From assembly GCA_001179505.1 (NCBI GenBank), contig CDMY01000227.1:62001-126000 (forward strand): DNA of 64,000 nt, given 5' to 3'. Source of the DNA: Vitrella brassicaformis CCMP3155. Taxonomy: Eukaryota > Protista > Chromerida. How positions within the stretch are numbered: the stretch's first letter is position 1; every line of letters starts with the position of its first letter. The position numbers and the translations under genes are program-made. Below the pieces are notes generated by a model. The model was not told where the DNA came from. It saw only the letters and a program-made list of their open reading frames with translations, and did not search any database. Positions 20,979-32,689 of the stretch are shown in pieces.

Positions 20979-23900
20979 TGGGGTATCAGCCTGGCTACGA
21001 TGCGGAGGTCGACGTGGCTGGCGGGGAGAAGAGACCCTTCACCTCAGGTACGACGCACGCACGACGGTCCGCCGGTCTGTCCAGATGGACTGACGGGTGT
21101 GTCTGTGTCATCACACGGGAGGGAATGAGGAGGGAGATCTCTACTGCCGCCTCTCTGCATTTGCATCTGTGTGCTGTGTGTGTTCTGTCGTGTGCTGGTT
21201 CATATCAAAGGGGATGGTCGCTGGTTCTTGCCTCACTGTAGCGGTCATGCGCTGGAGGGGCGCGTGAGTGCCGCGCCCAAGAAGAAAGATCGACTCGTCC
21301 TCGAGTTCGCACTGCCGGGCGGTGGCGTCAAGAAGGTACACACACGCAGAGGCGCACACAAACACAAACACACACGGGCGCGCACTCAGTGATCGATCTT
21401 TTGTCTGTGTGTGTCCTCTTCTCTCCGTGTGTCGTGTCGGTGTGTGTGTGTCAGTTTTACCAGTGTAACTTTTGTCGCGACGAGAAGGGCATTCAGGAGT
21501 GGGTCTTCCACAAGAACTACGTCCACCAGCACATCCCCCGCCACCACAAGAACCACTGCCGCCTCTGCCAGTGGTGCGAGCAGCTCATCTTCGAGGAGGT
21601 CTTCGACACTCACACCAAGACATGCGAGAAAAGGGGCAAAGTCGTCAAGTCACAAACCGGCAGACGCAAGCGGGTCCAGGTTCACCCCCACTACCACCAG
21701 CAGCAGCAGCACATGGACAACACACCAATGTCCATGCTCACCACAGCCGGCCCGCAGTCGCCCCAGGGGTCACAATACAGTGGAGTCGGCTCGCCCACGC
21801 CCTACCAGCAGCAGCAGCAGTCCTACTCGCCCCAGCCCAACTATGAGAGCGCTGTGCAGCACCGCCAGTTTATCGCGCAGCAGGCACTTGGCAGCCACGA
21901 CAGCCCGGCGCCCTTCGTCTTTGGCGAGGCGTTGGCCTTGCCGCCCTCCCTCAATATGAGCGGCGACACAGCCCCCGACAGCCAGCAGACACAGACAGCC
22001 AACTTCGGCAGCCAACCGACGGCCCACTTCGGGCTGTATCCCAATGGCAATGGCGGGGATCAGCCGCTGTCGCCCCCGACCTCCCCCCTTCCCCCTCCCC
22101 CTCCCTACCCACGAGTCAGCAACCCCTACCACTACTCCAACATCAACATGCAGCAGCAGCAGCAGCAGGAGGCTGCCACCCCGCCCCCGTCGATGATAGC
22201 TGGCCCCGCCTATGGTGTGCCAGCTGGGCAGGCGCAGCCCTCTCATCCCCCCACACCGTCGCCCGAGCCGCCCTCGTTCATGCAGCGTCTTGCCAGCCAG
22301 TTCTCGCGCATGGTGCCGGGGCACACGCAGTCGAGCCCCGCCCGTCCCCCATCTCTCGACCAGGCCGTCACCCCAGACCCATCAGCATCAGCTACAGCAG
22401 GCCAGCTGCAGCAGGATAGAGTGACGGTCAAGCAGGAGTCCGGTGGGTCAGATTACGGTCCCCATGGAACGATGTCTGTGGCCATGCCCTTGCCCGTGTC
22501 GATGTCCATGCCCATGGGCACCACCTTCGACACTGGCCTCCTCAAGTCACAGTCGGGGTCGTCACTGCAGCTGGGTTTTGATAACGAGGCCGGCCTGCCC
22601 TCAATCCCCGAGCACGACTACGGCGAGGGTATCCAGATGGACGGCACCGGGCCCGGCCTGACCCTCTCCCTCTCCCTACAGACCCCGCGCGACAACGACA
22701 TGGACGCCGACGCCCTCCCCGCCGCCCCGCACGAGAGCGACTACCTGGGTGGCGGGGTGGCTTCCTCATCGGTCGACTACGGCTACATGGGAGGAGGGGG
22801 TATGGGCGAGGCTATGGGTGGCCCCAACGCCCTGGCGCAGGAGCCGTGGCCATGGGAGGGGCAGCTGGACACCGCCGACATCGTCAAGCGGGAGGCGGCC
22901 GACAAGCGAGGGCTCACGACTTCGATGCAGGACGTGCTGCCGGGCGCCAAGCGGCAGCGGGTGCAGAGCGTGGCCGAGGAAGAGGACAGCGTCAGTGGCA
23001 GCGTCGACTCGAGCACGGACAAGGGCCACCGCAGCAACAGATACTCGGACAAGACATACGAGACAGTGGAGATCAGAAGCCCCTTCAGCCAGAACTCCGC
23101 TGCAGCCACAGCCACCCAGCGTGGCACGCCGCCTTTCGGCGGGCAGCCCGGGTCGATGCTGGCGGTGCCGCCCACTCCATATGACCTGGGAGCGCCTGTG
23201 GGCAGCACCAGTGGTTCTGTGGCGAGCTTCCCTGCTGGTGCGGTTCTGCCGACCAACCAGGTGCAGCTGAGTGAGAGCCTGCTGCAGCAGATCCGGGAGA
23301 GCGGCAATGCCGTGGAGCTGCTGAAGGAACGGTTTGACATCGACTCGGAGGTCGACCTGGACGCCCTGCTCATGTACGCAAGAGAGCGAGTTCGCAAGAG
23401 AGAGACAAGGAACACAGACAGGCCGACTGTCCATATTTCTCTCCTTGTCTGGTCTGCCTGTAGGTATCTGCTGAGCGAGTCGACGGCCGTCCCTCAGCCT
23501 CCCAACCGTGGGCTCGGTCCCGGCTCCGGCGTGGGCGACACGGCGTATTGGCACCCGGTTGTGTCCCACCTCTCACAAGACGACTTCTCGCGGGGCATGT
23601 GTATCGGCATGGACGCACGCGGCCTCGTCTCGTTCGACACCACCACAGCCGGGCAGACCATCGGCCTGGTGCCCGAGATCTCACGTGTGGCCGAGCAGCG
23701 TGACTGGTTCTGCTGCAAGATAAGCACGTCAGCTGTCGACTCGACTGCTGTGGTGGGCAAGGAGGAGCCGACCATCAAAAAGGAGAAGGATGGCGGCGAG
23801 AAGGCCGGGCAGGAGGGCACCACCGGCAAGCAGCGGATGCGGTCGCCCATGGGTGCGGTCAAGGCGCTGGGGTCGTCGATATCGCGCTCAGGGTCATCCC

Positions 23901-26900
23901 CCAAGGCGGCTTACGAGTCCATCCCCACTCTGCGGCGGCAGAGCAACACCAACGAGTCCCTGCAGCGCAGCCTCTCCATCCCACCCAACCACAGCCACGT
24001 CCTCGTCTGCCTCTATGGCCGACAGCTGGCAAAGGTGGCCTACGGCGTGCAGCCGAGCCCCGGTGATTTCCTGGTGCCCTCTGGCGACAACGACGGTCTC
24101 TGGCGCATCCGTGACGCCGGCCCGGCCCTCAACCGGTCACTCACGTCCCCCGGACAAATAAAGGAGGACACAAAGAAGGCCGCGGGAGACAGTGATGATG
24201 ACCTCAAGGGCGGTGCTGCGGGCGCGTCGGCGTCGGCTGACGACCTCCTGGAGAAGAGCGTGCGCAAGGGCGGGCAGCTCAACGGCACCATCAGCAGCGT
24301 GCGCGTGGTCTCGTCTCGAATGACGGCCGACTCGTGTGTGGAGGTGGAGGTGGTCATGAACCAGCCGCTCATCCAGTCCCTGCTCTCAGAGATCCTCGAG
24401 TACGTCAAGGCCACCAAGCCCAAGGACGGCGTCGACACCCTCACGAGCGAGGGCGTGCTAGGGAGCCCCACGTCCCTCGAGCGCCTCTACGCCTCCCTGG
24501 AGCGGCTTCACGCCGCCCTCCCTGCCAAGCTGTTCGTCCCCCCGCCGTACGACAAGCTGGTCGGCCGTTCGCGCGAGCTGCAGGCCATAAGCGAGGTGTA
24601 CCGGCGACAGGAGGCGGTGCACGGCGCCACGCCCCTACTTCGGGTGGTGCAGCTGTGCGGCCTCCCGGGGGTGGGCAAGACCTGTGTGGCGGTCGCCTAC
24701 TGCCACCACTACCTACGCGCGAGCGAGCCGGCGACGGTTGTCTCGACGGATGCGCCACGCCCACAGACGTCGGGCAGCGCCACGAGCACCAGTGCCAGCA
24801 CGGCCACGGGGGGTGACCTGGTGCAGCTGGTCAAGCGTGACATTCACGGCAGCGGCGGTGGCGGTGGCGGTAGTCAAGACTTCTCGGAGTACGACCTCAT
24901 CCTGTGGCTCAACGGGGAGTCGCGCGAGGATCTGCGCAAGAGCTACCGCCGGCTTGCGCGTGACCTCAATCTGTACCTGGAGAACCAGGACCTCACTGAG
25001 GATCAGGTGGCCGCTGCCCTCAAGATGGAACTCCTCAGGTGAGCCAGCCACACACAGAGGCAAACCAAACAGGAAGAGTGAGGTCACCCACTCCTGAATG
25101 TGTGAGTCTGGTGTCTGTGAGTGTGTGCAGGTCGAGTCAGCGCGGCATCCGGTGGCTGGTGGTGCTTGACGGTCTGGACGAGACGGCTCTCGCAGTGGAT
25201 GACATCGTCCCCACCAACGCCCGCGGCCACGTCCTCATCACCGCTCGTGTGCCACGACTGCAGTACGCCCAGCGAGGCCAGTGTCTCGAGATCGAATCTC
25301 TGACCCTCCAGGACGCCGCCAACATACTCATCCGGGCCATCCAGCCGCCGCCCGCACTGGCCCTCACCACGGCTGATACTAGCGATCGTGACGAGAGCAG
25401 CCCTCCTACCACCCCACACCGCCGTCTGCCCAAGAGCGAGATCGTGGCGGCTCGCAAGCTGGCGGAGGCGGTGGGGTGTCTGCCCATCCAGCTTGCGCAC
25501 ATTGAGGCCTTCTTCCGGGCTGGTGGGGAGCTGGGGCTGACCTACGACGAGTTCTACCAGCGGTGGTTTGTCGAGAACAACCCTGACCTACAGGTTCGCA
25601 CAGATGCGATGCAGGAGGGGACGGGAGGAAAGACAGACCCAGAGGCCCATCCCATTCGTCATGTGTGCGTGTGTGTGACAAACAGGAGGCTTTCAACACG
25701 TTTGTGGCCCGCACTCTGGACGAGGAGCCGGCGAGTGTTGCCATGGTGGCGACGTACGAGTCGTTGTCGAAGCAGAGTCAGGCGGGTGGCCGCATCGCCG
25801 AGATGCTGGCGTACTGGGCGCCGTCGCCCGTCGGCTTCCCCAAGTGGGAGGAGCTGTTCAACGCCATGGTGGGCGTCAGCCCCAGAGTCCACGACAACGG
25901 ATGGTCGCCATTCCTGGTACGCACGCAGCGCAGCGCAGCGCAACGCAGAGGGAGGGAGGGAGGTGGAGAGGTCGACTACGAGTACACGAGTGTGTGTGTG
26001 TTGCAGGACGATCCGAATCCGAATCGCGAGAAGTGGCTGCGTCGTTTCCAGAGAATATTCACCATCATACTGCTGCTACTCGCATTCGTCTTCGGTAGGC
26101 GAGACAGAAAGGCAGACAGCGACGAGTGTGACACCAGGCCTGTAGGGACATGGGTCGACCGCTGTGTGGTGTCGTCGTGGTGTGTGGCCTGTGCAGGTAT
26201 CCGTTCCGCGATGTTGAGCTGGGAATCGCTCAAGGAGTCCCTGCCGAAGCCATGGCAGCAATACCTCGTCGGTACGCCACCATGATAGCAACACACGCAC
26301 GCACACACTTTTTCTTGTTCTGCTTTTTTCCTGACACTACAGCGGCTGTGTTGGGTCTGGTGATTGTTGGCCTGATGTTGCTGGGGGCATACTACCTGTC
26401 GAGAATGCCATTCAGCTTCCTCAGGCGCCTGTGCCTCCGGAATCAACCCAAAGTCAACCCAAAAGAGGTGAGGTGCAAAGGCACACCGACCGACCCGACT
26501 GACGCGCACAGCACAGCACAGCACAGCACACGGATAGCTAACGGCAATGTGTTGTGTGTGTTTACTGACTGATGCTATGCAGCGCATCCTGTTTGTCGTC
26601 GATGTGGGCTTCGATGCACGCGGACGGCTGCCCACACAATACTGCGAATACGTAAGTGAGAGGGATGCAGTCAATGGCACAAGCACTACAGAGGCACAGT
26701 GAGTGACCTACACACGCTGTGTGTTGCTCTGAATCAATATCATCCATCCATCAGATTGAGAGCGGTGCCGATTGCAGCGGCTGCGGGCGCCACATCGACC
26801 TGAAGCAGCCCCACGCCTCCATCTTCAGCTGCGTCCAGTGCGACGGCTTCATGCTCTGCCGCAAGTGCTACTACTCCGAGCGCTTCCGCAAGCACAAGAT

Positions 26901-28460
26901 CCCCACCCCCTGCCTCTCTAACGAGGCCTCCAACGTCGCCTCCCCAGGCAGTCCTCTCGGCTCGCAACTCACCGCGACAGACGAGTGTGAAACCACCGGC
27001 CATTGTTGCGGCGGCTGGTGGATCGCTCTGTACCACAGAGGGCCGAAGGAGCAGCTGGTCGGCGAGTCGGCGCCTCGTGAGGAGGAGGAGGAGGTGTTGT
27101 CTGTGTGGGGGATCCTCAAGACGCATGGCATCCTCAAGCTGGACATGGCCGACAAGACGGGTCGCGTGCACCCCTTCTTTCAGAAGGCGCTGCGGGACCA
27201 TTTGGCGCACGAGGCGGAGGTCACCCTCAGCTGGGAGGCCAAGCGCAAGATCCGAACCAGCCTCTTCACCTCCATGTGGATACTTCAGCGGCTCATGACA
27301 CGAGACAACCGCTCCTCGAGACCTGCAGACCCATCACAGGTCGGTCAGCAGCCTGATACACACACACACACACACACACACAGAGGGAGAGAGGGAGAGA
27401 GAGATGCGTACTTAGCTCTATATCTCCTTCCTTCTCACTGACAGCGTGAACACTTGGCTGCGATGAATCCGCACATCGACCACGTGGCGCGTTACATGGA
27501 GCGCTGCAAGCTGATGCGCAAGGGCCTCTTCAGGCGGTACGTCATCCAGAAGAAGTGGGCGGGCGAGCCAGAGCCAGAGGACGTCGCCGTCGACGTCTCC
27601 CTCCGCGGCATGCCCACCGGCGACCTCGAGGTCAAGCAAGTCGTCTCAGGCGTCACCAGCCCCTCCCTCGACTCGCAGGGCGGCGAGCAGGGGCAGAGCA
27701 ACCCCGACAGCGATCTGCAGGTGCAGAACAGCAAACTCAACGTCTCCCTCTGCGCCATGGCCGGCTCCCCCCAGCTCTCCGGCCACTCGCGCGTCTTCCC
27801 CTCCGTCTCCTTCCTGTCCAACATGTCGGGACTCGGTGACATGTTCCCCCCGTCAGCCACCGACCTCCTGGCCTCCCTCCCTGCCGCCCGGACCACCGCC
27901 AACAGCGGGCCGTTCTACATCGACTCCACCTCACCGGACAAAGGTGGCCGCCGGGTTGTGCGTGTCAAGGACGTGGGCGGCACGCCGTCCTTCGGGATGC
28001 CGTCGGACATCATGACGAGCTCGCATCGGGTGTTTATGTCGAGCCCTGACACGTACAAGTCGGCGTCAGGCCGGCGGACGGCCATGAATCCGCGGATGAA
28101 GCTCGAGGTGCCTTCGTCCTTGAGTGGGCACCAGCAGCAGCAGCAGGTGCAGGGGAGGGTGTCTGACGGGCGGTTCAGGGTGTATGAGAGCCTGCTGGAG
28201 GCGTTTGAGAAGCGGGGAGATAGGGACAAGGCTCGCCATCACACCGCCCCCGCCCCCGAGCCGTCACCCTCACCCTCACTCTCGTCAGCTGCCGAGGTCA
28301 GGAGGAGAGAGAAAGACAGACAGCGCAGTAACGAAGGGATCAGGTCACGACTGGTGGTTGTGTTGTGTGGACGTGTGTGTGTATGCAGGCGTTGGTGGAT
28401 CGCACCGTGGTCAAAATAATGGAGTCCCCCCGCACCCCACACCAGGAAGGAGAACCCTAG
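20979..28460 (+). CDS. Large multidomain protein: 2 N-terminal zinc fingers, Gln/Pro-rich region with NLS-like basic motifs, peptidase-G2/IMC-like domain, NB-ARC/STAND P-loop NTPase, 2-TM hairpin, ZZ zinc finger and Ser/Pro-rich tail
   Basis: Exons were assembled with consistent phases from ATG 20979 to TAG 28458-28460. Zinc fingers: CNFC..HIPRH and CQWC..HTKTC. G2-like: GDTAYWHP..GMCIGMDARGLVS..VCLYGRQLAKV..PGDFLVPSGDNDG. STAND: LVGRSREL, GLPGVGKT, WLVVLDGLDE, GHVLITAR, GCLPIQLAHI and RVHPFFQ. ZZ: CSGC..CVQCDGFMLCRKCY..H. Confidence 0.8.
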
Positions 28461-28599
28461 CGGCGAGGCGAGCCACCACCACCACCACCACCAGGCTCGC
28501 GGCCAGACTGCGTGCTTTCTGGCTGGTGCTGGTACATATCTCTTGGTGGTCTGCCTGGTCTGTCTATCTGTGCCGCCTTGCCTTGGTCCTTATCGGTCT

Positions 28600-30815
28600 G
28601 TGTGCTCTTGTCTGCCTTTATCACCTCTCGTCGTGTGTGATGCCGTGCCGTGCCGTGTCGTGTCCAGCTGGCTCTGTGCTGTCTTGATCCAAATGGCTGG
28701 CTGGCTGGCTGGCCGCCTCGGTCGGGGAGTCCGGGTGATTTGTTTTGATAAAGGGGGTGGGGGGTGGGAGGTGGGCCGGTGGCGGCGATGGGTGGCTGGT
28801 TTCGGATGGCTTGACTGACTGACTGGCAGCGCAGCGTGATGTGATGGATGGGATGCTTTATGACTGACCATTTTTTGCTGTCAATGTGCGACCGACAGCC
28901 GAGCCGGCTCTGACTGACTCACTCACTGACGCACTGACGTGCCCTTGTCTGTCTGTCTGTCTGTCTGTCTTGTCTGTACCATATCACCGTCACCATCGTC
29001 CGTCCATCAGAATGAGTTGAATGAGATGAATGGATGAGAGCAGGCCAGGTCTGCTCGCTTTTCATGACTTTCAATCAACGGCCGGCATGCAACCACTGCC
29101 TGCGAACCTGGGCGTGGGTGTCGGTGTGGGTGTGTCTGTGTTTCCCCTACCTACCACCCTTTTTTAATAGATCGATCCATGCGTGAGCAAAGAAAGGGGC
29201 TGGGCTGGCGATGGATGATATCAGACCACATTCTTGTCTGCGAATCGACCGTCGGCAGCCGTCAGTGGCCTGTTTCCAAGTGCGACAGCAATCTCTGTCT
29301 CTGTCCGCCGGTTTGCGGGGAGAGGTGGCGGTTGCCTTCGCCGTGTGGAAGCAGCCACCGATGTTGGGTGGGTGGATGGATGGATGGATGGACGAAGTAG
29401 TGGGTGGAAGACAGGAACCTAGTGGTCTCTGCTGGTGGAGTCAGTCGGGCGTGTACTCCCTCCTGTATTTTTTGCCCCCATCCGTGCACGAGATGGATGA
29501 GGATTCATTCGTATGGATGATTGGATGGTGGATAAGTGTGTGTGAGCTTTGGATGGAGTCGATCTGTCTGTTGGATGTCGGATGGATGGATGGATGTGCC
29601 TTAAGCCTCTTCTCAGTTCTCGAGGAGGTAATTGTTTAGTGCCTGGCTGTCTACCTTCCTGGCTGGCTGACTGCCTGCCTGCCTGCCTGCCTGCCGAGAA
29701 TGCAGCAATGGAGTGTTTAAGTGCACACATCAACACGGGCAGGCGGCACAGCGGGCTTCACTCACTCAGGCAGTCTGTCTGTCTGTCTCTGCGTGTGTGT
29801 ATGGGCGGTGGGGTTGTGTCGTGTCGTGTTGTGTGGCGTGGCGCGGCGTGATGTTTTTTTATCCAGTGATACATGTGTGTGAGTGCGTGTGCGTGTGGCC
29901 CTTGCTGAATAGGCGTTGCGTCGCATGGACACCTTTCTTTCTCTCCAACTCGTTGGTGGTCGGTGTGTATGTGTGTGTGTATGTGTGTATGTGTGGATGT
30001 TGGGCAGGGGTGTCTGTCTGTCTGGCTGCGTTGGTGACTCAGCGTCGTGTGCTGATTGAGTCAATGCATTGCAGCCCCTATATCACCCGCATGGCTGCCT
30101 GGCTGGTGGCAGGAGTCATTCGACCGATACACACACACACACACACATTCACAGGTCCACATGGATGCTGTCATGACACTTTATGGATCGCCATGTCTTG
30201 TCGCCCCGGCCACACCCCACCCACACACACGCACCAGCCATCGATTAGAAAAGGGCTCTTCTATCATTGACGAGCCGAGCCGCCTCCTTTCGCCCCTCAC
30301 GCCCAGCTGTAAACACATCAGAAAAGACCATAAAAGGACCAAAATAAACGTCAATCGACGGACGAGAAAGAAGCGGCCAGTCTTCTAGTCAGATCAGTCG
30401 TTTGGCAGTGTGGAGAGGGGACAGGCGCCTATCCTTTGACGCCATACCCTTAATTAATTACGTGTGTTGTTGTACACTCGGCTGAGCTGGCTAAAGATGG
30501 TAAATGGTGTGTTGTGTTCTGTGGCCTGCAGGGTACCTACCTAGCCAGCCCCACACCATCCTAGGTGCTATGTATGACCCACTGCAGGCGAAAACAAAAC
30601 ACACGACGGACGAAGCACAGCACCCTAGTAGGGGTGCAAAAACCGACAAAGAGCGATCCAAGGCCAGCAAACAGAGCAGCCAAACAGCCAAACAGACAGA
30701 CAGGCTAACAAACGCGTGTGTGTAGACCACCGCCAGACCAACCAAGCAGCCAAGGGGGCACCACTATAAGCAGTGAGTGAGAGCCATCCTTCCGTATCCG
30801 TGCCCTCCTGCCCTG
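28600..30815. repeat. Microsatellite-rich convergent intergenic region with (GGCT)n, (GACT)n, (GTCT)n, (GGAT)n, (GCCT)n and (CA)n tracts
   Basis: Visible simple repeats run throughout, and only low-complexity shadow ORFs are present. Confidence 0.8.
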
Positions 30816-31115
30816 NNNNNNNNNNNNNNNNNNNNNNNNNNNNNNNNNNNNNNNNNNNNNNNNNNNNNNNNNNNNNNNNNNNNNNNNNNNNNNNNNNNNN
30901 NNNNNNNNNNNNNNNNNNNNNNNNNNNNNNNNNNNNNNNNNNNNNNNNNNNNNNNNNNNNNNNNNNNNNNNNNNNNNNNNNNNNNNNNNNNNNNNNNNNN
31001 NNNNNNNNNNNNNNNNNNNNNNNNNNNNNNNNNNNNNNNNNNNNNNNNNNNNNNNNNNNNNNNNNNNNNNNNNNNNNNNNNNNNNNNNNNNNNNNNNNNN
31101 NNNNNNNNNNNNNNN
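30816..31115. other. Assembly gap (300 N)
   Basis: Run of N. It interrupts the 3' end of the SH3-like gene. Confidence 1.
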
Positions 31116-32392
31116 TTCCTCGTACTGCGTGTGTGTGAGGTGCCACTTGGTGACCTCACTGATCTGCCTGTCATAGCCCGGCACCCTGGCACGGTTGTCG
31201 GCTATCACGCCCTCAAAAAGGGGCGCCGACACGACGAACCACTCGACCATATCGCACCCCCGACACACCACCACCAGCCGCCCGCCAGTCAGAGTGGACG
31301 CCAGCCCCTCGTACTGCCGCTGCATGAACCTGGGCATGTGGGACAGGCCCACCCACATGGCCAGGCCCACCGCACCGTAAGGATTGCCCAGGGTATTGAC
31401 GTCCCACCAGTTGGCGAAGAGCTCCGTCCCCTCCTGCCTCTCCCTCTCGGTGGCTGGGGTAAATAGGTTGACCTGCTTCATGGCGCCATAGGATGTCGGG
31501 AACCACCCCACCGCCCCTGCACTCGGGTCGGTCAGCACCACGCCCATCACCGTGCCCTTCCGCGCGCCTCTGCCCTTGGAATTCACCTCCATCAGCACGC
31601 CCTCGCCCAGCACGCAGCTGCCGCTCACGTCACTGACCAGGGCGTACGTGCGCCAGATCTGGGGCTGCTTGAGGTGCTTCTCGTCCTCGGTGTCAGGGAA
31701 GACGTCTGCCAGCGACTGATGTAACACACCACACACAGTGACACAGACACCCAGAAAAGGTCAAGAGTATGTGTGTGTGTGTGTGTGTGTGCTGCGTACC
31801 TTGGCCTTTGAGAACTTCTCGAGAAGTTCCTCCCTCGTCATGCCCATGAGGGTGGCGGGGGCGTCTGTTGGTGTGGAGCTGCCTGCACAGCACATCCAAA
31901 TGCGCACGCACACACACCTGTGAGTCCATCGTACGTATCATCTGTGTGCGCACCTGTGGGTGTGTAGGTGCAGGTGTAGGTGTCTGTGGTCGATGTGCGA
32001 CTCATTGGCGAGGTACACGTATCCTCGTAGGTCCTGAAGAGGTCGTCACACACAGACGAGAACGTCAGTGACCTTGTGGAATGCAATGCATGCTGCAGCC
32101 ATGGAAAGGTGTGTGATCGACACTGCCGTACCCGTAGTTGCAGACGCGTCCGTCAGCACTGCCGTACCCGTAGTTGTACTGGTAGTGCCCCTGCATGCGC
32201 CCCTGCATGCGACAAGTACAGCCACCAAGACAGACATGACATGGGTGTAATTGGTGTGCAATGTGCATGCCATTGGTGGTGTGAAGTGCGCGTCCAGTCT
32301 GGACAGCAGTGTCTTTCCCCTCTTACCTGCATGTGGCTGGTGGTGCTGCCACCCTGTGGCCAGCCGCTCGTAGCTACGTTGGGCATAGGCAT
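31116..32392 (-). CDS. Hypothetical protein with a degenerate SH3-like segment, 3' end lost in the gap
   Basis: Manual splice: MPMPNVATSGWPQGGSTTSHMQ|GHYQYNYGYGSADGRVCNYG|TYEDTCTSPMSRTSTTDTYTCTYTPTG|SSTPTDAPATLMGMTREELLEKFSKAK|SLADVFPD...LGEGVLMEVNSKG...GAVGWFPTSY. All junctions are GT-AG and phase-compatible. Confidence 0.6.
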
Positions 32393-32689
32393 GATGCCTG
32401 CGCCCCAGCCTCAGCAAATTGCCGTCCCGCGGATGGAGCGGAGAGCAAATGTCACTTCTTCAATCGAATACGCCAAGTGCGCTCTGGTGGCAATGCACGT
32501 GCCGCACTCCTTTGAACTCTGCAGAGCCTCTCGAATGCCTGCTGCAGAGCCGATGTTTCTGATTGTCCGTGAAACTGTTTAAACCCTGACGATCGAAACC
32601 CGACTCACGGAGCCAGCCGTCCACGGAGCGGCCATTTGGCTCTCCCCCTCAGCCGCTCGTCACCACTGCACACAACAGCAACAGCAGCA

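Noticed and set aside
30625-31466. ORFs spanning the N runs (also 61566-62542)
   Set aside because: They are artefacts of translating assembly gaps as X.
32121-32176. Direct repeats with a spacer resembling a mini CRISPR array
   Set aside because: There are only two 20-nt copies inside a eukaryotic exon/intron and no cas genes. A local duplication explains them.
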